Of a stretch of 64,000 nucleotides of DNA, positions 1-11,790 are shown piece after piece. Source of the stretch: Saccostrea cucullata (lineage: Eukaryota); assembly GCF_032062105.1 (NCBI RefSeq), contig NW_026936265.1:372001-436000 (forward strand), written 5' to 3'. Under the pieces are notes generated by a model. It was given only the letters and a program-made list of their open reading frames with translations, searched no databases and was not told the DNA's origin. Position numbers and translations under genes: made by a program. How positions within the stretch are numbered: the stretch's first letter is position 1; every line of letters starts with the position of its first letter.

Positions 1-5
1 ATAAT

Positions 6-1945
6 TCAATTCACTTGTTTTGAATTCAAACCAACCTCAAACTGTTCTAAAAGTTTTTTATTGGAATCTCCAGATCCCATACTAGTCACGATAATAAGCC
101 GTGGATAATGTACGTTCCCTCTCCGCTTCTTGCCAGTTTTAGCGATCACTTTGGAAATATTTGTAGTTTTCTTCGCAAATTTATCCATCAGCTGACTTTT
201 TCGTAATGTTTCTCTAAATATTTCATTCAGTCTCTCTGATTTGATAAAAGTTGTTAGATACATTAAAGCTTTTAACTTGGCTTCAATGGATTCTCTCAAA
301 TGTTTGTCCATATTTTTCCTTCTAAGAACACTACCAATACTGCTAAGGATCCCCTTTTGAAAACCGAAATTACCGTTGATGTCCCCCGTCTCCACGACTG
401 GAAACTTCCTGGCCTGACCTTTCTTATCAACATGTACTGAATAAGTATCCAAAGGGAGGGAGGGAGCAGCACTTAGTACTCCCTCGATTGTAGCCTGTTT
501 TACCGTGTGGCCAACCTTTTCAAGGACCTCGTCAACTGATTTGGGTGACTGTGTCGTCGTTTGTATGTTTACGGCTGTTGTTCTTTCTGTGTATCTTGCG
601 CCTGATGCAGGGTGAACAGGCATTCCCATTTTCGTTGGTGCTATTTGCATATATTCAGAGGCAACAACCTTGTTCAAAGAAGTTTGAACTTTGCTTCTGA
701 TCTCATCAAATGTTTGGGGGTAAGATTTCACTTCTTCATTTACATGTGTGTTTTTAACTTTTGACTGATTTTCACCTGAATAAGACACAGAAGCATTTGC
801 CAACATAGATTCATAAGAAGCTTTAGTAGGAACCACAGGCAATAATGCTGCTGTAGTTGATCGAATGTGTCTTGTTGATGTTGGTTGGACTGTTGTTGTT
901 ACCGGTCCCTTAGCAACAGGCTGATTTCTCCCGCCATTTCTTATAATGTCTCGAAGGGAAAAGCGCATCTTCTGATTTCTATTTCCTGTTCTAAAAGGAT
1001 TTGTATCTACAGTCCTTTGCTTAAAAATTAAATCTTTTTCATTTGTCTTCTTAAACTCTTTTTTCACGTGAATCATAGCATTATTAATCGATGGTTTTAC
1101 TGTCATATTATCACTAGTTTTGTCTGATTTTTTCTTCAGAGGTTCATTTGATTTCCTGTTTGTTAAGCTTAACTGTTTACTTGAAGTGTCCTGTTTAAGT
1201 CCAGTAACGGTAGAACTTTCCATTCTTTTGCTCGAAGTAGTTGTAGCTGATGGAATGGAAGGAAGTTGAAACTGTTGCATGATAGTGTTTGCTCCTTTCT
1301 TTAGATTGGTACCAGCAACATCTTTCGTTACTTTTGAAATATTTTGTAGTTTTTGTTTAATTGGGTCATATCCTTTTCTTGTGAAGGAGTTTTCACACCC
1401 TTTAACTTGTGATGGAAAATCGCACCTGTCTTTGTTTGGGTTAAATACAGTTCCAGGGGCACACTTTTGTCTTCGACTAACTATTAAGCTGCACTGATAA
1501 AAGAAATTACAGTAAATTGGGTCTGGGTAGTTTCCAACTTTTTTCCCAAAACAGAATGGGTCGTGATTTCCATTTGTCGTATTATTTCTGATAACTATAT
1601 CCCTTTTATCACTTTGAACTGCAGAAACGGATGCCTGTTTTGCATCAGCAGATGCACTCTTCACTTCTGCATCATCTTGATTACCCGGATTAACAACAAT
1701 GATTTCATTTGGGTCTGCAACTCCATCCATGTTGTAATTATTCTTGAATTCTCCATACAACTGTTTCTCGCATCGAGGGACATTTTCTGGAAAATCGCAC
1801 TTCTTTGTTAGGTCATTAAAAAAAGTTCCCGGTGCACAGCGCTGACGAACAGCATAATAATTTGTACAGTCGAAGAAATATCCACAGTCCGTTGGATCCG
1901 GAATGATGTCCGAGTTATCTCCACATAATCTTAGGGAAGCAAATT
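6..1945 (-). CDS. Chitin-binding protein, large exon 3
   Basis: Lies within the 656-aa ORF. Acceptor TTTCAG at 1947-1946. CBM14 domains at about 1925-1770 and 1553-1394. Confidence 0.9.
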
Positions 1946-2298
1946 CTGAAATGTGAAAAAAAGGATATGCCTTCATGAATATATATTTAATGCTTAAACT
2001 AATAATTCATTTTATATAAGCCTTAATGATATTTTGCACTAAAGGATGATAAGCAAAAGAATTCATGATAATAGGGCTTTCACTTCCAAAGTATTTTTCT
2101 TACCTAGTAAATGTTCTGCAAAAGCGAATTCAAGCACTGCTGCAAATACCAAAAATAGTGCCTAAATAGGAAAAAATCAAAAATTAGTTGGCATAATACA
2201 TTGTATATTCATGTTTACTTTGCCAAAATAAAGTTATGGCCGGTTTTTAATCATTTCAATAAAAAAATCGAATTTTAAATTTTTTGCGAACTTACCAT
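6..2298 (-). CDS. Secreted chitin-binding protein (two CBM14/peritrophin-A domains plus long T/S/K-rich tail); gene span, join(2298..2296,2161..2104,1945..6), about 666 aa
   Basis: The splice model gives M|ALFLVFAAVLEFAFAEHLL|EFASLRLCG..., which is signal-peptide-like. There are two six-Cys domains with PDPxxCxxFxxC...CAPGTxFN...CDFP..V..C motifs. Intron phases are consistent. The 3' end could instead splice at CAA|GTGAAT near position 14 and continue outside the window. Confidence 0.85.
2104..2161 (-). CDS. Chitin-binding protein, exon 2 (signal peptide)
   Basis: Acceptor TTTAG, donor G|GTAAG, 58 nt, encodes ALFLVFAAVLEFAFAEHLL; phase 1 matches exon 3. Confidence 0.8.
2296..2298 (-). CDS. 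Chitin-binding protein, coding part of exon 1 (ATG only)
   Basis: ACAATG|GTAAGT, a perfect donor straight after the ATG; phase 0 matches exon 2. Confidence 0.7.
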
Positions 2299-4804
2299 TG
2301 TGCAGACAAAGCTCAAATTGCTAATTGTTTATCTGGAAAACAAGTTTTAAATCAGAAGATGGGCGTAACTCCCTTACAATCACCTGTCAAACAGCGCATC
2401 ACGTGATAAAGGAAATCAATTAACTTGCAATACTGAAAGGCCTGACATACATCATTATGTTACGTTATCTGCGGACAAAAATTCTGTCCAAATCTTGAGG
2501 TCTGATTTATTGTTACAGTTATTTATTGCCTTGTGTGACTCGACAGTTCTTATGATAAAAATTAGGTGAATCTTTTGATAAAATGATTGGCAGGCATTTG
2601 TAAGATAAAAACTTTATTCCCGTGATCATATCGTGTATTCCATGCATTAAGTAGCGTAATTGTTTTTCGGAAGTTGCCAGAGGATAGAAAATAATAATAA
2701 GAATCACAAATTGATCATGATCAATAGAAACAAATAATTTATCAAAACAGGGCCAGGTCTATCTGAAATAAATTCTTTTTATTGTTTAATTTTATTTTCT
2801 CAGTAATTTGACGCAAGTGCACAAATACTGGAAACTTCCAAAGATTAATATATGCCAGGTGTTAGACGACAGAAAATATTATTGTAATTTCGTGTCTTGT
2901 ATAAATTGAAAAGGCCTCTCCAAAATGTTTATTCGTAAATTATTGCTATTATTTTTACCTAATAATAATAATATCATTATTATTATTATTATCATTATTA
3001 TTATAAGAATCTAATGTTCCAGTGTACATACATGTAGCAATACAATGCATCTTCATTTAAAATGTCCAAAACATATTATAATATAATCAAATCAAATTTG
3101 ATTAGCAGTAAGTACAATGTGAGAATATTATAATGAAATCTTTTATGTTATGTGGAAACCATGAAATTTCCAAAATTTATTATAAAACAAAAGCGGACCT
3201 TAGACTGGATGTACTTTAAACTATGTAACGGAATCAAATATCACAAGAATGCATGGGCCAAGCGGTGTGTCAAATAATAACAACTCATTTGCAGCATGTG
3301 ATAAATGTCTGCAAACGTTTTTATGTGTAAAAATTAATCACTATAGAAAAAATTAATTGAAAAAGATTAACGAATCTTCATTATCAGCGGAGAGGTGGTT
3401 CCTACTTCGATGAGCGATGTAAAAATTTAAGAATAAAAGAATTAAGACCACTATAAAAATAAAAGATACGTCAGAAACAATCTTTAAGAGAAAATAAAAT
3501 TCATATAGTACCCCCTTCCCTAGCTAATGGATATTCTACATGTAGATGAGAAAAGTAACTGTTTTATCACTGCATTAGCACAATACAAATGCAGAAGTAG
3601 ACTTTGAAATAGAGGCATTTAAAACAAAGTATTTATTCACTGAAATCTGGACTTACAGCTCAGCAAAAATTCATTTTATTAAAATTTTACTCATTCATTT
3701 ATGATAATCAATTTTAACAGATGTTGCATGATTTTTGACATTTTAACTTGCTATTAATTTATTAAAGGTAATGAATATTTAACCCTTATATAAGTCATTT
3801 CACATTTATATAAAAAGTGAAAAGCCTCAGTTTGAATTATAATATTTCAAAATATCAAAAAAAGAAATAAAATCTTAAATCTTGTCACAACTTATTTGTA
3901 TGCGGAGCTGAGTCTCTGACTCTACCACTCTCTGACAATTTGTCAGTTTTATGACATTTATTTTTCACTTATAGATTATTTTAATTATGTAAACTGTTAA
4001 AGTACTTATACAATTTGTAATAATTTCATTTACATTTGTAAACAAAAATAAAAAAAAAAACGTTGCTCCAATAGAGTCTGTAATTTAGTCTGTATCCGTA
4101 ACATGATATTGTCTACTTCAATGAAAGAATTCTTTTAAATAAATACATGTACATGTAATAAAATACACATTAAAAGTTGATTAAAAATACAAAATGTCAT
4201 AATATATATTTCAACGTTTGATTACTTGTGCGTAAAGAATTACTACGAACTTCCGAAGATGAACAATGGCAATAATAGATAACATTTACGACCGAGTTTA
4301 ATTTTTATAGCAGCAGTAGCTGTCTATTATATTAAAAAGCCTTGTCTGTAATTGGTCAAGAGTAATAGATAAACATGTACAATTAAAAGGAATACGCTTT
4401 GATGTTATTGTTTTTAGAAAAAAATAATGTTGTGATTCAAATGATCAAAAATTTGCTTTGCATTTTTAGGTATCCATATTTGACGAACACATATTTTCCG
4501 ATGTTTTAATTTGTTGCACGCGTCTAATTCACTGCTGTAAAAGTTTTGTGAGGAGAAAAAGAGGTTTTTACATATTAACAAAAACAAATAATAAGGTTAT
4601 TGTGTCTGGAAATACCGGTATAACGTGTACCATTTTATATAATATGCTCAGCATAACTCACATTCCCTAAAAACTGGCTATAATTTGAAGGAAGCATTCC
4701 GTACTTGTGTCTTTAAATTAATTTCCCTAATCCTTCTCTTTGTAGTTTTGATTTGATGAGAAGTAAAGAACAACAAACACTAATTTACATAATGTTCTGA
4801 GTCA

Positions 4805-5580
4805 GTCAAGGAGCACACGGCGGGTGTGATCGGTCAGCAGGTGATGCTCATTTTTCCATGGTACCTGATCCCACTTCTACTATTTTGGAGGTCCGTGTTT
4901 GCTCTGCTCCAGTTTTGTTTAATGGGCCTTTAAGCTTAAATACTATTTTAATCTCCTTATATTTAAAATCCTAAATTCTAATAAAAAAGGTTCCTCAGAT
5001 GCTAATAAAATACATTTCTTTTTCTAAATTTTTTGATACTTTTATTGACTGCTTGCTCATAGTCAATAAATAAGGGAATAGGATTTTTTTTTTACTATTT
5101 GCAACTCTGATTCTGTACGTAAGTACTCTGAAATGGATATTAAAAGGATGCTGGAGTTCAACGTACATGTAATCTGTGGAGACTAGGTCTTTCCAACAAA
5201 TCGTTGGAATTCCGATGGACACTTATTGTCCTTCTTGATTAGTTGACGTGTTTTTATATTTCTATGAAGCAAAATTCTTTCAAAAACGTCTACATTTGAA
5301 TAAAAGAAAACACTTGTTGTGGCCTTCAGCTCAACATTAGATATCTCGACGACGTATATCAATTAATTAATAATTATTATCGTTCCTACGTTGATTCGAT
5401 ATCTCCCCGTGAACTTGAAATTAAAGGCACCACAGAGTCTGCCAAATCTGTTTCATATTTGGATGACTTACTGACAATATTTAATAAGGACCAACTAACA
5501 ACTAAACTATATGACAAACAAGAGTATTGAACTATAACATCGTCAACTTCATGTGTATTAATAATAAATATATAACAGTC
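4805..5580 (+). mobile_element. Decayed Penelope-like (Naiad-type) retroelement pieces: 3' module (4805-4950) followed by RT core fragment (5170-5580)
   Basis: Frameshifted translation shows FQQIVGIPM, RYLDDV, ELEIKGTTES, SYLD and TTKLYDK. The 3' module matches other copies in the window. Confidence 0.75.
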
Positions 5581-7076
5581 CTTCAGATGAAGTGAATTTT
5601 TCTTTATTTACAAAATACTTTGTTTCGGGACGTAAATTGTAATAAATTTGAAGATCACCATTTTGATATACAGCTGTACTTAAAAAAGTCTAATTTTCAT
5701 TTCGCTTTCGGGTTTTACTTATTCAGGGTTAATGCTTTATACTTTTTAAGCTGATATTCACGGCTAAGATCTAGAGGAAAAGGGATTCTATCCTCAATAA
5801 ATCTGATTTCGTTCAGAAGTACCTCAATGAACACACAGTAGCCACACATCGTAACAAAATGACATCTCCATTTCCCAGTCGCCAAAAATGAATCTATTAA
5901 TATCTTGCCGTACACGCGCATTCCGTCATCAGATTCTCTTTTATTTTAAGAACACTTTATAATTGTTTCAAATAAAATAAGATTAACTTCGTTTTCATTG
6001 GCTTGGCAAAGCTTGGTCTAACTGTCAGGCATTTCTTTCAAACCATTCACGACCACAATAAAAAATTATTTTAGACTCAGAATAGTTCCCATACGTTGTT
6101 ACTTTCATTGCTGAAGGAAAAATATTCTTTTTATTCAAGGACTGTTTGTCTGTGGTCGTTTGAAGATGAAAAAATTATGGAATACGCGTTGGAAATTAAT
6201 GTCTTACTTTCTTCCACTCAAATTTTTTTTTTAATTTTTTTAAATCATTAATAATAAAAACCTGTAAAAATCGCTATGAAGTTAAAGCCTTATATTGTAA
6301 TTATTATTCAGTTTTATATAGATTTACATAAATTATGTGTAGATATCGAACAGTTATCAAACTCAAAAGTCCATTAAACAATACAAAATAGGAACAGACC
6401 AAACATGTCTCCTAAACATCAAAGGCGGGATCAGGTGCCATGGAGAAGTGAGCATCCCATGCCGATCAGTCACACCTGCCGTGTGCTCCTTGTCATGATC
6501 GGGAAATAACGGAAATATCCCTCTACAATTCAGTGTGCAGTATGGCCTAACAATTAGTATGAAAAACGTCAGTCAGCATTTGACTCAATGATAAATTGTA
6601 TTTGCTGATAAGGTCATTGTATCGACCATAGAACTAACGAAATGATGACTTTAAACGAGACTGGAGATTTTCTTGCTTCAGCAACTTTTTTATTAATAAT
6701 TTACCTCGTTTTAAAAATTGTTCATTCGTAGAACATACCCTGCGTATCGAATAAACTGAGAGATATAAACCTTGTATGCAGGTGATAAAGGCTGCATAAG
6801 TAAGGGAAGTTGATTGTAAAGTCAAAGTCATCTCGTTTGTCATTAAGTTTAGTTGTTAGATCACCATTAACATCTTTTTCAAGTAAAATATCTAAGTATG
6901 AAACATATGTGTCAGATTCTGTGCTATCTTTTTTCAAGCTCACTGGGTTTATCCTATCAACATTTGATATCCAATTCAATAGGTTGTCAGAAAACCTGGT
7001 CTTCAAAAAACCACATACATACTGTCAATCAGAAACTCGAGCATCTTTTTAATATCAACTTCGGAGCACTTGTGTG

Positions 7077-8337
7077 GGTTCATTCTACCTATTCCCACTT
7101 TTTGAAAATCAGGTAGAAAAAGGTAAAATTTCATGTGGGAGTAGGTGGAATTTTTGTGTAAACAAATAATTAGCCGAATAAACATGTCATGACTGTGAAA
7201 ACAGTAATTATTAAACCACTGTTGGAATAGAGGACAGGTAAATTTGCTACTTTAAATTAAAAAATCTGACTTTTTACTTCTATTTCAATGAGAAATTAGA
7301 CTTTTTCAAATAAAAATAGCAGATAAATTATTTATTTTATTCATTAAAAAATCACACTGCATAAGACTGGTGTATGGTAAACCAATGAATTTTACATAAG
7401 ACTTTTATTGATCTTTAAATTGAAATCTGGATTTAAATAACTATTTTTTAAAAAAAAAAAAATTAAAGAAAAATTCATAATAAATTTACACATACATAAG
7501 TATATGTTTCAATGAATTTAAGTATATTTTTTAGTATATTTTTCTGTTAAACTATTTATTTTATATTTAACTCCAGTTATATATATATGATTTTTTTTTT
7601 CATATATTTATTTTTCAATGAGAAATTAGACTTTTTCAAATAAAAATAGCAGATAAATTATTTATTTTATTCATTAAAAAATCACACTGCATAAGACTGG
7701 TGTATGGTAAACCAATGAATTTTACATAAGACTTTTATTGATCTTTAAATTGAAATCTGGATTTAAATAACTATTTTTAAAAAAAAAAATTAAAGAAAAA
7801 TTCATAATAAATTTACACATACATAAGTACGTATATATTTCAATGAATTTAAGTATATTTTTTAGTATATTTTTCTGTTAAACTATTTATTTTATATTTA
7901 TCTCCAGTTATATATATATGATTTTTTTTTTCATATATTTATTTTTTTATCAAATTAAATAAATATTTATATGCATTTTTTTTCAAATAAAATACATCTT
8001 TTTTTTTAGATAAATATATTTATTTTCTGTCTTAAAATGTACAAAATACTGGTAAAATATAGGTAAATCTAAGATGGGATGTAATTATTCTAAGGCTGTT
8101 TAAAGTTAATTCTACGTTTAACGTCACATCTAAAGTTCAAAACCTACGAGGGAGGGAGGAAAAAAATAAACAAACAAAATTTTCAAACAATTGTGAATTT
8201 ATTAAAATTAACCTATTCAGTACATTAAAAACATTTACTGTAAAAACAAATTAACTAATCAAAACATCTATTGTTATTTGCAAGTGGGAATAGGTAGAAT
8301 TGAAATTTTTAAAAAGTGGGAATAGCTAGAAGACACC
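7077..8337. mobile_element. Non-autonomous DNA transposon (MITE) with ~33-bp TIRs and 8-bp TSD CTTGTGTG
   Basis: Left end GGTTCATTCTACCTATTCCCACTTTTTGAAAAT; reverse complement of right end GGTGTCTTCTAGCTATTCCCACTTTTTAAAAAT. TSD copies at 7069-7076 and 8338-8345. Confidence 0.85.
7283..7946. repeat. Near-identical direct tandem duplication, ~330-bp unit x2
   Basis: TTTCAATGAGAAATTAGAC... recurs at 7283 and 7613; the copies differ only by homopolymer lengths and a few bases. Confidence 0.9.
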
Positions 8338-9172
8338 CTTGTGTGTACAATCAGATTCCATATTAACAAGAACATTTTGAAGATGGCCAATGACAAGATG
8401 TGTATAAATCAAAGAGTTCCATTTTTATTGAAAAAGCAGATGTTAATAATAGCAAAAGTCTCGACTTTAAGGATAGATTATACAAACAAAAAAATGGATG
8501 CCTGGATTGGTACATATTTTTCTGATCCTATTTCTGCTGTAAATGATACAACTTTAAAAATTTCAAAATAATAAGAAATTGTAAACATTCTATGTGACGT
8601 TCAAAATTCTACCATTCTGTAGCCATCCTTCTATGTTATACAAATATTCTTTAACTTCCAATTCCATTTTTGTGTAAATAAAAAATTAAACAACTACACG
8701 GTTAAACTTGTTCATTTTCCTCATTTAAAAAATAATGCAGGCTGTAATTTTCAATATTTATTACAAAAGTTTGTATATCTGTCCTTAATTCATCGTAGGG
8801 AATGACTGTATATAAAGCTGAAAAGTTGTAAGTTTTAATGCTGTTGATTATGGTAAAATAATGTGATTTCAAATTTTCCAAACGTTCCTTGGAATTTTTA
8901 AGTATCCACTTGTGATTTTCACCACTTTTCGAATGTATTGTTGTGCAGTACTCCTGAAGTTTCTCCTTCACTACTCTTAATATTTTAGTGAGGAGTAAAG
9001 AAAGAAGCCCAGTAGAACATTTACTGGAACCCACTATGTATCTTTGTTTGTGAAGATTTTAATGAAGTGTTGGAATCTAATATAGATCTTGTAATTCAAA
9101 TTCATTCCAGTTGTTAGGAAAATCAAAAAATATATAAATTTGAAGAATTTCCAATGAATGAAAATTAAATTA

Positions 9173-9328
9173 TAAGCAATGAATTTAATAGCTACCCATT
9201 TTATACGGTATAAACTGGGTTGGAACAGTTTACGCTTTTTTATAAACCGGTTCGCGGTTTATAAAGCGTAAACTGCCCCAACCCAGTTTAAACCGTATAA
9301 AATGGGTAGTTATTAAATTCATTCCTTA
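9173..9328. repeat. ~155-bp fold-back palindrome (probable MITE)
   Basis: Arm AATGAATTTAATAGCTACCCATTTTATACGG...TATAAACCG and its reverse complement surround a short GTTCG loop. Confidence 0.85.
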
Positions 9329-10504
9329 AATATCCCCCAAAACTCAAACTCAAAAAATAAAATTAGACAGTTATTTATTTTTTTTTAACAAATACAAATA
9401 TTTATTGGCACAAACACAATTACAATAATTGGTTATTTCTTAATCACGTGTACAAGTAAATACTATTTGATTTCCATATACATTACTTAAAATTCTCTAT
9501 ATTGTACAGTGTATCATATTTTATACATATTTTTTATTTGTAAAAAGTTTAATAAAACTGAATAAAATTGTTAATAACCATTTTGAAAATATCAACAATA
9601 CGGAATTAAAACCTAACAATATTTCGTAAATATAAAGCATTTCCTTATCATGTTAAATGTAATTACAATTAATAGATATGGTCTTTATGTATTAATTGAG
9701 GAAAAGTTTTGAGAGTCAAATGTCTTATTTAAACTAACTAAATGTCTGAATAATCTGATGATAATAAAACAAAGATTTTTTTAAATATTTATGATATATA
9801 ATTTTAAGGAAAGGCCTCTTGTACCTTGTATATAAAGAATGATGATTTTTATGAAAGTTTTTTTTTTAAAGCCTCTTGTACCTTGTAAAGAAAGATAACC
9901 GCAGTCTGTACTTGTGTTTAATCTCGTTCAACTTTTATTTTGGTTAGCACTCTTTCCATCCATTGATTGGCAAGACACGACATTTATAGCCGTATAAAGA
10001 GGAAAGGGGCACTGATGTCAAACGAATGCCAATTAATGCATTTTAATCTAGCCTAATGTCGATATTTCATATGAATTTAAATAATCGTCCAAAAAATAAT
10101 TTTTTATAAACATTTATTGGTTTTGTAAAAGTTTGGTATACTGTATTGATTTGTGTGATAATCACGACAACTGCTTTCATATTGTTATTCTTTTATTTAC
10201 CAGATGTTAGTAAATAAAAAAAAAAACAATATGACAATTTGTATTTACTACTAAATTCAAAAATTGTAATGACACCACTCTGAAACAATACACGAAACAA
10301 TATAAAAAAAATTAAAAACTTCTTTTCAGACATGTATGCATGACTTATAATTTTCTTACAATCTTATAGGGTAACATCTAAACACAATGCAAAGACAGAA
10401 AATTTTCAAGATAACTTTTTCTTATTTACCAACAGCTGTTAGTATCCTCCTCAAACCTTACTGTTTATATTTGGCAAGAAAGTAAAGAATAATCAAAGGT
10501 ACAT

Positions 10505-11790
10505 CGAGACAAGTTTAAAGTCCATTAAAACAACACAAATACGGACCTTCAAAGATGTCAGGCATGAGGAATCAGATACCATTGGGGAGTAAGCATCCCT
10601 TGTCGATCGGTCATGCCTGTCGTGTGCTCATTTTAGGATCAGGTAAACGGAGAAAATCTTTGGAAATATCAGTGTGTAAATGACTTTAAAATTAGCACGA
10701 AAAACGTCAGGCAGTATTACAGCTAATGATGGATTGTATTTGCTGATAAGATCATTAAATCAATCACAGAACTTGTAAAATAATGACTTTCAAAGGAGAA
10801 TGTTGATATCCTCGTTCGATTAACTTGTTGGTTAATAGCTTGTCTCGTTATGAAAATTTATTTTACGCAGAACATGCTGTTGTGTATCGAATAAACTTTT
10901 CAATCGTCAACTTCCCTTAATTTTTCAGCAATATACCTTCATGACCTGCATACATGTATGGGGTTTACATCCCTCGGTTGTTTCGATACTCAAGAGCATG
11001 CTCTACGTATGTACAATTCCTAAAACGAGGTAAATTATTGACAAACAGGTTGATGAAACAAGAATATCAACAGTTTCGTTTAAAGTCATAATTTCATGGT
11101 TGAAACAATGACTTGTCAGCAAATACAATTTATTATTTAGCCAAATACTGACTGATGTTTTTCATACTTATTGCTTGGTCATCATATACACATTGAATTG
11201 TCGATGAATTTACCCGTTATCTCCCCTGATCCCATTTCTGATGATTTGGAAGTCCATGATTGCTCTGTTCCAATTTCGAATTGTTTAAAGGACTTTTGAG
11301 CTTCAATACTGTTTGTTATCTCATTTTGTTTTATTTCGTTTTTTTTCAAATTCACTCGGATGTATCGAATCGGCATATGAATAGAAGTAAATGTGGGTAT
11401 TGCCAATCAAAAACTCAAGCATCTTTTTAATAGTAACTTCAGAGTACTTGTATGCACAGTCAGAATGTTTATTTACAAAATAACTTTCCAAATGACCAAT
11501 GACGAGGCAAGTACAGCAATTTCCATTTTTGTTGAAAAACAGTCAGCTCTCTATAAGTGAAAAAGCCTGGACTTCAGGAATGGTTGTATAAAGTGTTGAA
11601 AAAACGAGCTTTTTTATGTTATTGCATGATTAAATTCTGTGATTTTAAATGTTATAGGTTCCTAGAAGGGTTTGAGTATACACACCACGTCTTGAATATA
11701 TAATTGTACAGTACTTATCAAGTGTTTCTTTCACTATTGGGAATTTATAGTGAGTAGTAGAGACAGAGGCTTGGAAAAACATCTACCTAA
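10505..11790. mobile_element. Inverted/tandem cluster of Penelope-like fragments: minus 3' end (10505-10897), plus 3' end (10898-11320), minus RT piece (11390-11790)
   Basis: The plus piece reads SIVNFP...GVYI...FRYSRACSTYVQFLKRGKLLTNRLMKQEY. The minus pieces align by eye to 6370-6760 and to 7020-9020. Confidence 0.75.

Larger units (their letters stand above)
6350..9130 (-). mobile_element. Decayed Penelope-like (Naiad-type) RT copy, interrupted by a MITE at 7077-8337
   Basis: ORF fragments GSSKCSTGLLSLLLTKIL...WILKNSK...IKTYNFSALYT (8702-9034), SYLDILL...TTKLNDKRDDFDF..NFPYL (6722-7006) and FLKRGKLL...RLKSSFR (6634-6843). These are followed by a non-coding 3' module with no C-terminal endonuclease. 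Confidence 0.8.

Noticed and set aside
1946-1976. N-terminus MKAYPFFHIS given in the ORF track
   Set aside because: Intronic read-through. The acceptor at 1947-1946 and the upstream signal-peptide exon give a better model.
6634-9034. RT ORFs as an active retroelement or domesticated gene
   Set aside because: Multiple frameshifts and stops, loss of the YxDD region in this copy, and a MITE insertion.
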